A stretch of 64,000 nt of DNA, taken from contig CAYOML010000001.1 in assembly GCA_964405095.1 (NCBI GenBank), positions 23,311-87,310 on the forward strand, in the 5' to 3' direction. Below the pieces are notes generated by a model. That model had not been told where the DNA came from. It did not search any database and saw only the letters and a program-made list of their open reading frames with translations. Origin of the DNA: an uncultured Candidatus Saccharibacteria bacterium. Its GTDB lineage: Bacteria; Patescibacteriota; Saccharimonadia; Saccharimonadales; EFPC-124. A program made the position numbers and the translations under genes. Positions 49,753 to 60,621 of the stretch are shown here, piece after piece (position 1 is the first letter of the stretch; each line of letters opens with the position of its first letter).

Positions 49753-51281
49753 AAATCCACGAATTTTTTGACCACTACAAGCGCGAGACTATCGCGCTGT
49801 TCGTGCTAGCCCAAATGTTTAGTGTGGTGATCGGTGGCCTGGGGGGATGGTTGGGTTGGCAGGTCTTATATCTACAGCCAACTGCCGCTTTCATATTTGC
49901 TGTGCTAATTATGTCTATCAGCAACATTCTTATTTCTTTACTAATGTTTAAAACGGCCAGTGCGCCGCTCAAAGTTATGTCACAAGCTGTGGCACATGTT
50001 TCAAAAGACCCGTTTGTAACGCCACCACCAGACATTACTAAACCACATTACGCATATTCTGGGCTTAAAGACATGGTCCAAACAATTTACGAATTGGCTA
50101 TTGCCGCCCACCCGGCTAGTGAAGGTGGTGCGCCAACCCCTAATCAACCGCGGGCTGAGTTTTTTCAACATATCGCCGATAGTATGCCGTGCGGGGTGAT
50201 TGCCCTAAATGCTGACAATAAAGTTGTCTACGCCAACCAATTAGCGCCAATCAGCTCCGACCCAGACGGCAATTCAGACATTAAGCTGATATTCGAACAA
50301 AACGATGATCTGACAAAATGGTTAGCTGACTGTCAAGCCAATAAAGTCCACGATACACACCTATGGCTGCGGGTTTCGGACAAATTACCTAGCGAACAGG
50401 ACCGCAGAATATTCGACGTGGCTGGCCGCTATCAGAAAAATGACGGCGGGGGTATCGAAGTTGTTCTGCTTGCTTTCGACCGCACATCTGCCTACGCCCC
50501 CGACCAAGACGACATGGACTTTATTGCCCTGGCCGCCCACGAGCTGCGAGGGCCAATCACCGTCATCCGCGGATACCTGGACGTCTTGAACCAAGAAGTC
50601 GGCGAGAAACTTGATGCCGAACAACACATGCTAATGGATCGCCTGCAAGTATCAGCCGAGCGGCTGTCGGGCTACGTCAGCAACATCTTAAATGTATCGC
50701 GTTACGACCGCCGGCGCTTTAACATGCACCTGCACGAAGATAATCTGCTAGGCATCCTGCAAAACCTGGTTGCCGATCTTAACCTGCGGGCCCAAACTCA
50801 AAACCGAACTTTATCATTCAAAGTTCCAGATAACCTGCCGACCATCGCCGCCGACAGGACCGGTATTAGTGAAGTCATCATCAATCTAATCGACAACGCC
50901 ATTAAATATAGCCACGAGGGCGGCAATATTATCCTTAGTGCCGCCGTCAAAGATAGCGACTTTGTTGAAGTAACCATAACTGACGCAGGTATTGGTATCC
51001 CCGACAGTATTGTTGGTAATCTGTTTAATAAATTCTATCGTTCGCATCGCTCGCGCGAGAGTGTTGGTGGCACTGGCTTGGGTCTTTATATCTGTAAAGC
51101 AGTTATCGAAGGTCACGGCGGCACAATCTGGGTCCGTTCGCAAGAAGGCAAGGGAACAACCTTTGGCTTCACCGTACCAGTATACGCAACAGTTGCGCAG
51201 AAGATCGCAAGCGGTGATAATAAAGACATCACCGAGCGAAGCGAAGGCTGGATAAAAAATCACGCAATGTACCGGAGGTAA
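49743..51281 (+). CDS. Sensor histidine kinase
   Basis: AHELRGP, NLIDNAIKY, DAGIGI, F.KFYR, GTGLGL. Confidence 0.95.
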   Translation: MAIKIHEFFDHYKRETIALFVLAQMFSVVIGGLGGWLGWQVLYLQPTAAFIFAVLIMSISNILISLLMFKTASAPLKVMSQAVAHVSKDPFVTPPPDITKPHYAYSGLKDMVQTIYELAIAAHPASEGGAPTPNQPRAEFFQHIADSMPCGVIALNADNKVVYANQLAPISSDPDGNSDIKLIFEQNDDLTKWLADCQANKVHDTHLWLRVSDKLPSEQDRRIFDVAGRYQKNDGGGIEVVLLAFDRTSAYAPDQDDMDFIALAAHELRGPITVIRGYLDVLNQEVGEKLDAEQHMLMDRLQVSAERLSGYVSNILNVSRYDRRRFNMHLHEDNLLGILQNLVADLNLRAQTQNRTLSFKVPDNLPTIAADRTGISEVIINLIDNAIKYSHEGGNIILSAAVKDSDFVEVTITDAGIGIPDSIVGNLFNKFYRSHRSRESVGGTGLGLYICKAVIEGHGGTIWVRSQEGKGTTFGFTVPVYATVAQKIASGDNKDITERSEGWIKNHAMYRR

Positions 51282-51284
51282 ACT

Positions 51285-51668
51285 GTGGCGGCAATCAAGA
51301 CAATTCTGTGTATCGAAGACGATCTGTTCATTGGCGAAATGTACGTCCGCAGCCTGCGTAAGGCCGGCTACGATGTCACCTTAGTGGCCAGCGGTGAAGA
51401 GGGCGAAAAAGCCGCTTTAGCCAAGCCCTACGACTTAATTTTGTTGGATATTTTGCTGCCCGAAAAACACGGCACCGAGATTCTGCAAACTCTTCGCGGT
51501 GACAAGGATTTGGTACCGAGCTCGCGCATATTGGTTATGACCAACTTCAGCCAAGACGACGAATCACGTATTGCCATGCAAAGCAAAGCCGATGGTTATC
51601 TTATCAAGGCCGACATCACCCCGCGTAAACTCATAGAAATTGTTGGCTCTTTGCAAACCGTCTCATAG
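51285..51668 (+). CDS. Single-domain response regulator
   Basis: IEDD, LLDILLP, TN, IK. Confidence 0.93.
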   Translation: MAAIKTILCIEDDLFIGEMYVRSLRKAGYDVTLVASGEEGEKAALAKPYDLILLDILLPEKHGTEILQTLRGDKDLVPSSRILVMTNFSQDDESRIAMQSKADGYLIKADITPRKLIEIVGSLQTVS

Positions 51669-51720
51669 TTATAAAGTTAACCAAATTGCGCATACAAACC
51701 TAATGTGTTTAGGTATTAGT

Positions 51721-52392
51721 ATGTATGTGTCTAGCAGCCAGCTATACATTGGCTCCCACCGCTACGAGAATGCCCCTAGAAACACTGCCAGCCTGGGCGT
51801 AGAGGACTTTGATGCTATGCGCCAAGAGTCGACTGCCAGAATGATGCTTAGAACCATTTTGCAAGAGATTGCCGAACAGAGACAGGAAGCACCAATAGCC
51901 CCACAAACTTCACCCAAGGGCCTAAGAGTTGCTGAAATAGTAAGACTTGGGATCGAAGCGAGTAGCGACTATGCCGAACATATAGCCAGGCGTCTAGGCA
52001 GATTTGTGGTGCGACACCGTGTAGGTTTAGCTGGCTTAGTTACGGCCACCACAGGGTTAGTGGCCATCGGCATGGCAGTAAAAAGTGCTTTCGATATAAA
52101 TGTATATGCCACTTATCAAGAATTATTTAACACTGTGACCAAGCAAGATGCTGTCAGCCTGGCAGCCCAGCGCAATATAGGGCTAGAAGTGACAGTTGGT
52201 AGCATAAACGCCGCCGTTAGTGTCCCAGCCGGGCTTGGGTACCTAACATTACGTAATGCCAGAGATGAAGCTATTATGCAGCCTAACAGTGTTGGCACCA
52301 GTGCACAAAATGGATACGAAGATGATGAACCCGGCGGCTTAGCCATATTGAGCGCCATCATGGACGACCAGACTTACGGCTCTGACTCATAG
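51721..52392 (+). CDS. Hypothetical membrane protein
   Basis: Long ORF with two hydrophobic segments. Confidence 0.55.
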   Translation: MYVSSSQLYIGSHRYENAPRNTASLGVEDFDAMRQESTARMMLRTILQEIAEQRQEAPIAPQTSPKGLRVAEIVRLGIEASSDYAEHIARRLGRFVVRHRVGLAGLVTATTGLVAIGMAVKSAFDINVYATYQELFNTVTKQDAVSLAAQRNIGLEVTVGSINAAVSVPAGLGYLTLRNARDEAIMQPNSVGTSAQNGYEDDEPGGLAILSAIMDDQTYGSDS

Positions 52393-52445
52393 ACAACCCG
52401 CCTCTGTTATGCTACGATAGCCTGCGTATTATTTCATATTTTCGT

Positions 52446-52520
52446 GGCCCCATCGTCTAGTGGTTAGGACACCAGGTTCTCATCCTGACAACCGGAGTTC
52501 GACTCTCCGTGGGGTCACCA
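52446..52520 (+). tRNA. tRNA-Glu (CTC)
   Basis: GGCCCCA acceptor, CAGG-TTCTCAT-CCTG anticodon arm, GTTCGACTC, CCA. Confidence 0.96.
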
Positions 52521-52539
52521 GAACAGACAATGGCAAGTG

Positions 52540-52565
52540 AAGTCTCAAGGTTATGAGGCTTTTTC
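52540..52565 (+). terminator. tRNA-Glu terminator
   Basis: aagtctca-aggtta-tgaggctt-ttt. Confidence 0.6.
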
Positions 52566-52609
52566 TTGTTTACCCAGTTAGTTTGACAGGAGATTTATGT
52601 TGGGGAAAG

Positions 52610-54223
52610 TTACAATGTATGTTCCAACAATAAGCGGTTGAAACGTCTCAATAGACTACGGATTCTGCCAACTCTTTCTGGGACATAGGAGATAACAGGC
52701 TGGTGCTCAGGAGTATCATGCTGGTCATAGTCATCCCTCTGTCTAATGGGACGAGTGAATCTGCGAATGCGATTGATGCCATTAGTCATATTTACAACTG
52801 GCTTGCCGTCTGGGTCGAAGTCTACACTAATGGACCTCAGGGCCATGCTGCCCGTTGCGCCAAGGACTTCACGATCTGCAACCTCAGAGAGAATGGCAGC
52901 AAAACCAGTATCACTCTGTCCGGTCGAACAGGCATCGATGGCAAACACCGAGTCCTGACGGCTAACGCTTGCAGCAAGCTCTCCGGCCCATTGTCTGATA
53001 TCCTCGCTTGTGAGATAACCTTCTCCTAAGGAGACATCGCCCCCATAGCCATGCCCATCGAAGACTATGGCTGAAGCCAAAGCATGTCGAGCCAACTTAG
53101 CCTGGCGTGCCCTAACCTTTAGTTCTGCCTTACGCCTGACCTCAATAACTGTCATACCAACACCTTGGCTGCGAAGTTGCTGACGAAGTCGCTCCAGCTT
53201 TGGTATACTCCCCCTGGTCGCGGACCCATTGGAATCATATGTAGCAGATAATAGATAAATGTGGCGATCGTAATGAGTAAAGCGCTCCCGGTATTGGTCT
53301 AATAGCATGCTCTCTGGGAAACGTGCAAAGTTACGGATACCAAATGACCTGTAAAGTGTACGGCAGATCCCGGGGTGTTGATTCTCAAATTTTAGCATGC
53401 GCCTAACGCACTCAACTTGATATTCGTCCTGGTCCCAATAACCTGCTTTAGAGCCATAACCCCAACGCCATGCACTGCTAATCTCACCATCTGAAGGTAG
53501 GCCTAACAGTTCACAGATCAGATTGACACCATTAGTGCGTGCAGCCAAGTTTTTTATTACCCGAACTTTAAAGCTATCGGGATCCTGTTGGTCATTAAGC
53601 TCCACAAGTAACGCTTTTAGCTGGGGGTGTGCAGCAGCATCTGTATCGGCAATAATACTACCCGCACCTCGGATATAACTTTCACTATAGGTGTTAGCAT
53701 AATAGATGTCGCCAACCTTATTCTCTGCATTTCCTAAAATATTAGGTAGATTTGCCAGGATATGATCTTTGACCCGCTGATCTATAGATGCGGACCCTGA
53801 CTGAGATACGGCAACTAATAGAAGATCTGCTATGTGTATAGACCTATTAGAACCAGGCTCAGTTTCAGCTATATCCAATAATTTGTCGGCCAGGCCATCC
53901 TGAAACAGATGATCGGCACTGTCCTCGGCTACATTCTCAGCACTCCACGAAGTTGACCATGATTCATCTAGAGTAGAGAATGCTCCGAGCCGAACGAAAC
54001 TATCTATCATACCGATAGTACTATCCACATGGGCTCTCTGAGACAGCGACGCTGCAATGACGGGGTCTGACCAGAAACCCTCCATTGAGGGTCTGTCATA
54101 TGGATACTCAGCAAGCTCATCAAGTATATGACTAGCACTGTCAAGGACTTGATTATACTGCTGTAAGTCAAAACCTTGCCTAGTTTCGAAACCAGACACC
54201 TCGGCTCCACGTATATGAGTCAT
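52610..54223 (-). CDS. Hypothetical protein with C-terminal clan-CD (caspase-hemoglobinase fold) peptidase-like domain
   Basis: IVFDGHG and FAIDACSTG His/Cys dyad pattern. Confidence 0.55.
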   Translation of the reverse strand: MTHIRGAEVSGFETRQGFDLQQYNQVLDSASHILDELAEYPYDRPSMEGFWSDPVIAASLSQRAHVDSTIGMIDSFVRLGAFSTLDESWSTSWSAENVAEDSADHLFQDGLADKLLDIAETEPGSNRSIHIADLLLVAVSQSGSASIDQRVKDHILANLPNILGNAENKVGDIYYANTYSESYIRGAGSIIADTDAAAHPQLKALLVELNDQQDPDSFKVRVIKNLAARTNGVNLICELLGLPSDGEISSAWRWGYGSKAGYWDQDEYQVECVRRMLKFENQHPGICRTLYRSFGIRNFARFPESMLLDQYRERFTHYDRHIYLLSATYDSNGSATRGSIPKLERLRQQLRSQGVGMTVIEVRRKAELKVRARQAKLARHALASAIVFDGHGYGGDVSLGEGYLTSEDIRQWAGELAASVSRQDSVFAIDACSTGQSDTGFAAILSEVADREVLGATGSMALRSISVDFDPDGKPVVNMTNGINRIRRFTRPIRQRDDYDQHDTPEHQPVISYVPERVGRIRSLLRRFNRLLLEHTL

Positions 54224-54326
54224 AGCGTTAGATCATACCATATACAAGACGATAAAGCAAGTATAGAATCTTAGTTTATTCTTCTAGATTTGGTGCAGAA
54301 ATTAATGTTTTTCTGCAATCAAGATT

Positions 54327-55709
54327 CTATGCTCTGCCGAGTCTCTTGGTGGCCAGCTCTTCAAAATAATGCACAAACATCTTAATGCCACCCGATGCCT
54401 GGTGCCAATCGAAATATTCATTAGGGGCATGGTAGCCATGTTCGGGTAAGCTCAGGCCCAGCAGAATTATTGGCACATTTAGCTGTTGCCGCATTGTTAG
54501 CACTGCTCCAATCGAGCCGCCTTCGCGCACAAATGCTGGCGTTACGCCAAAGGCATATTCGACGGCTGAACGAGCGGCATCGGCATATGGTCCGGTAAAT
54601 TCGCCTAGATATGGTTCGAGAACACCTTCTTTTACCACCTCTACATCGGGGTGATCCTTTTGTACAAACTTTTTTATGAGTTCGAATATTTTGTACGGAT
54701 CTTGCGTCGGCACTAGTCTAACACTTAACTTTGCCGTAGCTGCCGGTGGAACAATGGTTTTTATGCCCTCACCTGAGTAGCCACCGACAATACCATGAAC
54801 TTCGAAGGTTGGCTCAGCCATGATACGCGACAGTACTTGCTTAACATCGTAGGTGCGCAGTGACTTTAGCCCATGTGACTTCATGAACTGCTTTACATCA
54901 AAGCCAGAGTCAATAAAGCTTTGCAGCTCGACAGCACTCGCAGCCTGAACGTCATCATAAAAACCAGGGATTTTAACTTTACCAGAGGTAGCCTCAAAGC
55001 ACTCACTAATAACCTGACTGAGTTCGGCTATTGGGTTACGAGCAACACCGCCAGCCAGGCCGGAATGAACATCTTGTTTAGCTGTGCGCAGACGTAATTC
55101 AAAACCAAGCATGCCACGCAGGCCATATGGCACAGCCGGACGGTCGGCGCTAATCCAGATGGTATCAGAGATGACGACCGAGTTAGTGTTTTTAAGTAAC
55201 TCTTGCTGGCTTTCCATAAAATCTTTAAAATGCGTGCTACCAATTTCTTCTTCAAACTCCCAAATAACATTGATGTTGAGCGGTAATTTATGTGCAATAG
55301 CGTAGCGGATAGCCATTAAGGCAGTTAACGCTGGGCCTTTGTCATCGGTTGCCCCGCGGCCAATGTAGCGTTGACCTGCTGTTTGCATGCTAAACGGGTC
55401 GGTTTGCCATTCGGTGTTGTCGGCTGGTTGCACATCAAGATGGTTATACAACGCGACAGTTGGGTGAGTGGGGCCGGATATATATCTTCCCATCACCACA
55501 GGATTTCCAGCAGTAGTTACAACGTTAGCCTCGAGCCCGGCTTCTTTAAGAAAGTCTGCTGCCAACTTCGCCCCACGATTAATATCAGACCGGTGTGCGG
55601 GGTCAGCGCTGACGGTCGGGATATTAACAAGTCTGGACAAGTTGTCCTCGAAAAGAGTACGCACTTTTGCGATATAGTTTGTAAGTTCTGAATCAGTACT
55701 TTTAACCAT
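54327..55709 (-). CDS. M20 family metallo-dipeptidase
   Basis: [33 protein letters not shown]. Confidence 0.93.
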   Translation of the reverse strand: MVKSTDSELTNYIAKVRTLFEDNLSRLVNIPTVSADPAHRSDINRGAKLAADFLKEAGLEANVVTTAGNPVVMGRYISGPTHPTVALYNHLDVQPADNTEWQTDPFSMQTAGQRYIGRGATDDKGPALTALMAIRYAIAHKLPLNINVIWEFEEEIGSTHFKDFMESQQELLKNTNSVVISDTIWISADRPAVPYGLRGMLGFELRLRTAKQDVHSGLAGGVARNPIAELSQVISECFEATSGKVKIPGFYDDVQAASAVELQSFIDSGFDVKQFMKSHGLKSLRTYDVKQVLSRIMAEPTFEVHGIVGGYSGEGIKTIVPPAATAKLSVRLVPTQDPYKIFELIKKFVQKDHPDVEVVKEGVLEPYLGEFTGPYADAARSAVEYAFGVTPAFVREGGSIGAVLTMRQQLNVPIILLGLSLPEHGYHAPNEYFDWHQASGGIKMFVHYFEELATKRLGRA

Positions 55710-55802
55710 AGTCACTCCGGGTAACAATGTATTCTTGATTATAACAGCCTGCGCAAAAAGCGTAGTTTTACCTCTAGTCTGCTACGAGGCAGAGTCGTTA
55801 AT

Positions 55803-56234
55803 ATGTTAAACTCAGGGCGAGAAATGACCAAATATCCCAACGCTTTTTACCGCGTCTCTGCCAAAGCCCTGGTGCATAATCACAAAGGTCATATTTTGGT
55901 CTGTAAACATGACACAAACCACTGGACGCTGCCTGGTGGCGGTATTGACCACGGCGAAGAACCAGCCTCGGCATTAGTACGCGAATTAAAAGAAGAACTT
56001 GGGCTTACCACAAAAATCGAGATCGGGCGGCTTGTGGCAGCTTTGCCATTTTTTGTTGCCGAGTACGACCGATATCAGATGTGGCTGGTCTACGAAACAT
56101 TGTTCAACGAATCAGGCATCCAAATTACAAAAAATCGTGAAGTAAGCGCATTTTCTTTTATGGACCCTGAGAAATTTAAAGATAGTACACTCAGGTCCGA
56201 ACAGCTTGTCTATAGATCAGCCACAGCTTACTGA
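55803..56234 (+). CDS. Nudix hydrolase
   Basis: LPGGGIDHGE...RELKEELG. Confidence 0.92.
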   Translation: MLNSGREMTKYPNAFYRVSAKALVHNHKGHILVCKHDTNHWTLPGGGIDHGEEPASALVRELKEELGLTTKIEIGRLVAALPFFVAEYDRYQMWLVYETLFNESGIQITKNREVSAFSFMDPEKFKDSTLRSEQLVYRSATAY

Positions 56235-56270
56235 TATAATTTGCATGCAATCAGGGTTTACTTTTTAAAA

Positions 56271-58016
56271 ATGAATAAAAGCGTTTATTTGTATTTACTA
56301 CGAACATATGGCCGGATGCCAGGCTACTGGTTGGGCGTGGCAGCAGCCATTGCTCAAACTGTATTGCTCCGAGTGGTGTCGGTAATTATTATCGCTAGGT
56401 TGGCAGGGGATATAGCCTCGGGGAATTTCGCTAGTGCCAAGCTCAATGCTCTGTGGTATTTGGTTGTGTCGCTAATTGGCTTATTATTCCGCTTGCTACG
56501 AGAGTTCGCAGCTGTTCAATCCGAGAATGCCACTTACGGAAAACTGATGGTTAGTTACTATCGAAAGCTTGTTGGCAAAGATATGGCCTTTTACCGAGAC
56601 CACCAAACGGGCTATTTAGCTACTACGTTTCGACAACACGTTGATAGCACCATGGAATTGGTGCGCTTATTCCGCGGCGAAATTGTACAAACCTTTATAT
56701 CGCTGGTTGTTCCGACTGCTGTTTTATTTGTAGCCTCATGGCAATTAGGTTTAACCGCTTTAGCCGTAGTAATCACCCAGATGTTTTACATAATGTGGTC
56801 TTCTTCAAAAACCAACAAATATCGCGCCCGATCTCACGAGATCTACCGAAAAATATCTGGCGTGGTATCCGATGATGTAACAAATATCGTGGCCTACAAA
56901 ACTTCTGGTGCTGTCTCGTCGGCCGCCGCGCGTATGGAAAAATTAGCAGACCAAGAAACAGCTACTTTCTGGGAGCGCCGTAAGTTATTAGCAATATTGG
57001 ATGTGCCACGAGAAGCCATCACCATCATAGGTGTGGCTATTGCATTTTGGTTGATCACTAGCAATGCCGAGTCCACCAGCCAATCTGTTGGGCTAATAGT
57101 ACTTACAACTTCATATATGTTCCAGCTATTTCAAATTATTGGGAATGTACCGGACATAATTGTTCGCCATGACGACCAAGTAACCAGACTCTACCCCACA
57201 ATGGAATATATCTCCGACAAATACGAACAGATTAAAGATCGGCCAAGACCGCTTAAGCTCAAGGTCTTAAAGGCCCAAATCGACTTCGACCATATGTCTT
57301 TTGGATACGTCGGTCAAACAGGCGAAAAATCAAGCATTTTCAAAGACTTTAACTTACACATTAAGGGAGGGGAACAGGTTGGAGTTGTAGGGCTTAGCGG
57401 GGCCGGTAAAAGCACATTGGCTAGTTTGTTAATGCGCTTTGATGATATCGATTCGGGTGCGATTCGTATCGATAACATGGATATAAGGGACGTAAAACAA
57501 GCCGATTTGCGGCAAAACATTGCTTTTGTACCACAAGAGCCATTGCTCTTTCACAGGACTATCCGCGAAAACCTCCAATATTTTGGCAAGGATAAATCCG
57601 AAGCTAACATGATAAGGGCCACCATAGCCGCTCATGCCCACGATTTTATTTCCAAGCTGCCAAATGCTTATGAAACATTAGTAGGAGAACGCGGTATTAA
57701 ACTCAGCGGTGGTCAAAAACAGCGTGTGGTTATTGCCCGCGCCATATTAAAGAACGCACCTATTATGCTTTTCGATGAAGCCACCAGCGCCCTGGATAGC
57801 GAAAGTGAAAAGATTATACAAAAAGCCCTACCTAAGATCCTTGGTAAACGCACAGCAATTGTTATTGCCCACCGTTTGAGCACAGTTTCAGGCTTAGATA
57901 GAATTATCGTTATCAACGACGGGGTCATCATCGAAGACGGTACACACGATGAATTGCTGCGCCTGAAGGGCCAATATTATTCGCTGTGGCAAAAGCAAAC
58001 TGCCCAGCAAGACTAA
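56271..58016 (+). CDS. ABC exporter, fused permease/ATPase
   Basis: 6 TM region; GLSGAGKS, LSGGQKQR, DEATSALD. Confidence 0.95.
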   Translation: MNKSVYLYLLRTYGRMPGYWLGVAAAIAQTVLLRVVSVIIIARLAGDIASGNFASAKLNALWYLVVSLIGLLFRLLREFAAVQSENATYGKLMVSYYRKLVGKDMAFYRDHQTGYLATTFRQHVDSTMELVRLFRGEIVQTFISLVVPTAVLFVASWQLGLTALAVVITQMFYIMWSSSKTNKYRARSHEIYRKISGVVSDDVTNIVAYKTSGAVSSAAARMEKLADQETATFWERRKLLAILDVPREAITIIGVAIAFWLITSNAESTSQSVGLIVLTTSYMFQLFQIIGNVPDIIVRHDDQVTRLYPTMEYISDKYEQIKDRPRPLKLKVLKAQIDFDHMSFGYVGQTGEKSSIFKDFNLHIKGGEQVGVVGLSGAGKSTLASLLMRFDDIDSGAIRIDNMDIRDVKQADLRQNIAFVPQEPLLFHRTIRENLQYFGKDKSEANMIRATIAAHAHDFISKLPNAYETLVGERGIKLSGGQKQRVVIARAILKNAPIMLFDEATSALDSESEKIIQKALPKILGKRTAIVIAHRLSTVSGLDRIIVINDGVIIEDGTHDELLRLKGQYYSLWQKQTAQQD

Positions 58017-58161
58017 CTACCGCTTGCGCACCGGAGCACCACCAGCCATAATAAAGCTTAAGCATTAGCCAAAAGGGGGGCATATCTCTTTCGATAAGAC
58101 AATCTCCGCGTTTTGGTACCGCCGCATTTGTGAAGTCGCACTGCTGATTTCAATTATTATT

Positions 58162-59814
58162 GTGGTTCTGTTTGGTATTGGCAAATTAACCGGCGATCCA
58201 TCATCATCTATAGCCGGGACACTTAACGTGCCATTGTCAGCGCTACTTTCGGCTCTTGTAACTTGCGGAATGGGCATATATGTCTACTTCCTCTCTAAAC
58301 AGAATAATTCGTATCTGTTGGCGCTATTGACGTACTTATCTACCGCGATCACAATTTCGCTGCTCATTGTTTCTACTGGCGGCACTTGGTCACCGTTTAT
58401 TGCTATCTGGCTGTTAGTGGGAGTCTTTGCCGGTTTATTCGGCTGGTGGGTATGGGGCGGGATGTGGTTGGCCGCCAACGCCTATGTTGTGTTTGAATTG
58501 TTCTTCTTACATCCCGGGGTAAGTGGCGGGAGATTGCTCGAAATGATAATGGCAGCCGAGGCGCCGTTAGTTGCCAGCTATATACTTTGGCATTCCAAGA
58601 CAAAACGCGAAAAAGCACGCGACGCCCAGTCGGTAACTAAGTTGACTGCGCAGTTGTCCGAAGTTGCCAGCAAATCCGACATTGTGATTAATTCGATCGC
58701 CGACGGCGTGGTAGCCATTGATGCTTCTGGTACAGTGCAGCTTATTAACCCCGCTGGCCAGACATTATTAGGTTGGCCCGGCCAGGACGCTATTGGGCTC
58801 GATTATCGCTCGGTTGTTAAACTGACAGACACCAAAGGCAATCCCGTGCCCGACGATTTTTCACCTATCCACCAGGTGTTGATATCGCACAAACCACTCA
58901 TCAATAACGATCTTGAGTTACAGACAAAGTCGGGTAAAAGGCTCCTAATTTCACTGGTAATTTCGCCAGTTGGTGAAGGCGGCACGGCCGCTGGCGGAGC
59001 AATTGCCGTTTTTCGCGATATCACCGGTGAAAAGGAAGAGGAGCGTCAAAAAGCCGAATTCATTAGCACTGCCAGCCACGAAATGCGCACACCAGTGGCA
59101 GCCATCGAAGGCTATCTGGGACTAGCCATGAACCCGGCGACCGCCGTCATCGACGACAAGGCGCGTTCTTATCTGTTAAAGGCACATGAATCTACCCAAC
59201 ATCTAGGACGTTTGTTCCAGGATTTGCTGACAGTTTCGAAAGCCGAGGACGCGCGACTAGTGCCGCGGCCAACCGTCATTGATATTGTTGGTTTGACCCG
59301 CGAAATCTGTACTGGCCTCCAACAAAAAGCCAAAGACAAGGGTGTCTTTTTGTCTTTCAAACCTGGTGAACACGACACCGAAGGCAACCGCAAAATCGCC
59401 CCAGTATACTACGGCTATGCCGACCAAGATCAAATCCGTGAGGTTCTTAACAACCTGGTGGATAACGCCGTAAAATATACCAAGCAAGGGAGTGCCGCGG
59501 TGGATATTACGGGCACCGACGAAGCGGTCACAGTTAGTGTCACCGACACTGGCATCGGCATCCCACCCGAAGACGTACCGCATTTATTCCAAAAATTCTA
59601 TCGCGTAGATAACACCGACACCCGCGAGATCGGCGGCACCGGCTTGGGATTATATATTTCGCGTCGCCTAATCGAAGCTAATAATGGCCATATCGGCGTT
59701 AACAGCACCTACGGCAAGGGTAGCACGTTTTATGTTCAGCTACCTCGGATAAGTCACGACCAAGCCAATGCGATTATTAACGCCTCGGCGGCTACCCAAC
59801 CTCGAGCGGTATAG
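58162..59814 (+). CDS. PAS-domain sensor histidine kinase
   Basis: TM helices, PAS (IADGV..D..G), SHEMRTP, NLVDNAVKY, GGTGLGL; N-terminus may extend upstream. Confidence 0.94.
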   Translation: MVLFGIGKLTGDPSSSIAGTLNVPLSALLSALVTCGMGIYVYFLSKQNNSYLLALLTYLSTAITISLLIVSTGGTWSPFIAIWLLVGVFAGLFGWWVWGGMWLAANAYVVFELFFLHPGVSGGRLLEMIMAAEAPLVASYILWHSKTKREKARDAQSVTKLTAQLSEVASKSDIVINSIADGVVAIDASGTVQLINPAGQTLLGWPGQDAIGLDYRSVVKLTDTKGNPVPDDFSPIHQVLISHKPLINNDLELQTKSGKRLLISLVISPVGEGGTAAGGAIAVFRDITGEKEEERQKAEFISTASHEMRTPVAAIEGYLGLAMNPATAVIDDKARSYLLKAHESTQHLGRLFQDLLTVSKAEDARLVPRPTVIDIVGLTREICTGLQQKAKDKGVFLSFKPGEHDTEGNRKIAPVYYGYADQDQIREVLNNLVDNAVKYTKQGSAAVDITGTDEAVTVSVTDTGIGIPPEDVPHLFQKFYRVDNTDTREIGGTGLGLYISRRLIEANNGHIGVNSTYGKGSTFYVQLPRISHDQANAIINASAATQPRAV

Positions 59815-59838
59815 ATTTTTTACAAAGGAGCAACTACA

Positions 59839-60621
59839 ATGGGAAGCAATATGACAAAAATCATGCTCGTCGAGGACGATAAGAGCCTGCGCGAAATTTA
59901 CGGCGTTAGGCTGCTCGCCGAAGGTTACGACATTGTTTCGGCCGGTGACGGTGAAGAAGCTTTAGCTATGGCCATCAAAGAACGTCCTAAACTGATTATC
60001 ACCGATGTTATGATGCCAAAAATCAGCGGTTTCGACATGCTCGATATTCTGCGTTCGACCACTGAAACCAAAGAAATTAAGATTATCATGATGACTGCTC
60101 TTAGCTCCGATGACCAACGGGCGCGCGGCGAGCAAATGGGCGCCGACCGCTACTTGGTAAAATCTCAGGTTGGCATCGAAGATGTTGTGCGTGTAGTTCA
60201 CGAGGTGCTAGGGGATAGTGCTGCCAAGAGCCCAGTACCACCGCCAGCCTCTCCAACTGCCGGTCCGCCATCGAGCCCAGCAGCTGCGTTAACACCTACA
60301 CCTGCCGCTCCTGCCTCTCCAACTGCCGGTCCAGCTCAGCCCAGCCCAGCGCCAGCTCCGTTGCCAACCACTCAACCGCCACATGTAATGCCGCCGGTTA
60401 ATTCCAGCTCAGCAACGCCTGCCTCAACTAAACAGCGGATTATCCAGCCAATTACTGCCCCTCAGGCGGCCGTCAATATCGATGACCTACTCAACCGCGA
60501 ACTAGCCCGAGAATCTGGAACAACGTCTGCGCCGCCAGCTCCGCCAACCCCGCCGCCAGCTCCAGCCAGCAGCGCAGCTCCGCCTGATTTGCCACTGCCA
60601 CCACAACCACCAGCTGCTTAA
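59839..60621 (+). CDS. Response regulator with Pro/Ala-rich disordered tail
   Basis: VEDD, DVMMP, TA, K; internal 20-nt repeat at 60247 and 60313. Confidence 0.92.
   Translation: MGSNMTKIMLVEDDKSLREIYGVRLLAEGYDIVSAGDGEEALAMAIKERPKLIITDVMMPKISGFDMLDILRSTTETKEIKIIMMTALSSDDQRARGEQMGADRYLVKSQVGIEDVVRVVHEVLGDSAAKSPVPPPASPTAGPPSSPAAALTPTPAAPASPTAGPAQPSPAPAPLPTTQPPHVMPPVNSSSATPASTKQRIIQPITAPQAAVNIDDLLNRELARESGTTSAPPAPPTPPPAPASSAAPPDLPLPPQPPAA

Noticed and set aside
60247-60332. 20-nt direct repeat in the response regulator
   Set aside because: An in-frame duplication (ASPTAGP) in a low-complexity tail, not a mobile or array feature.
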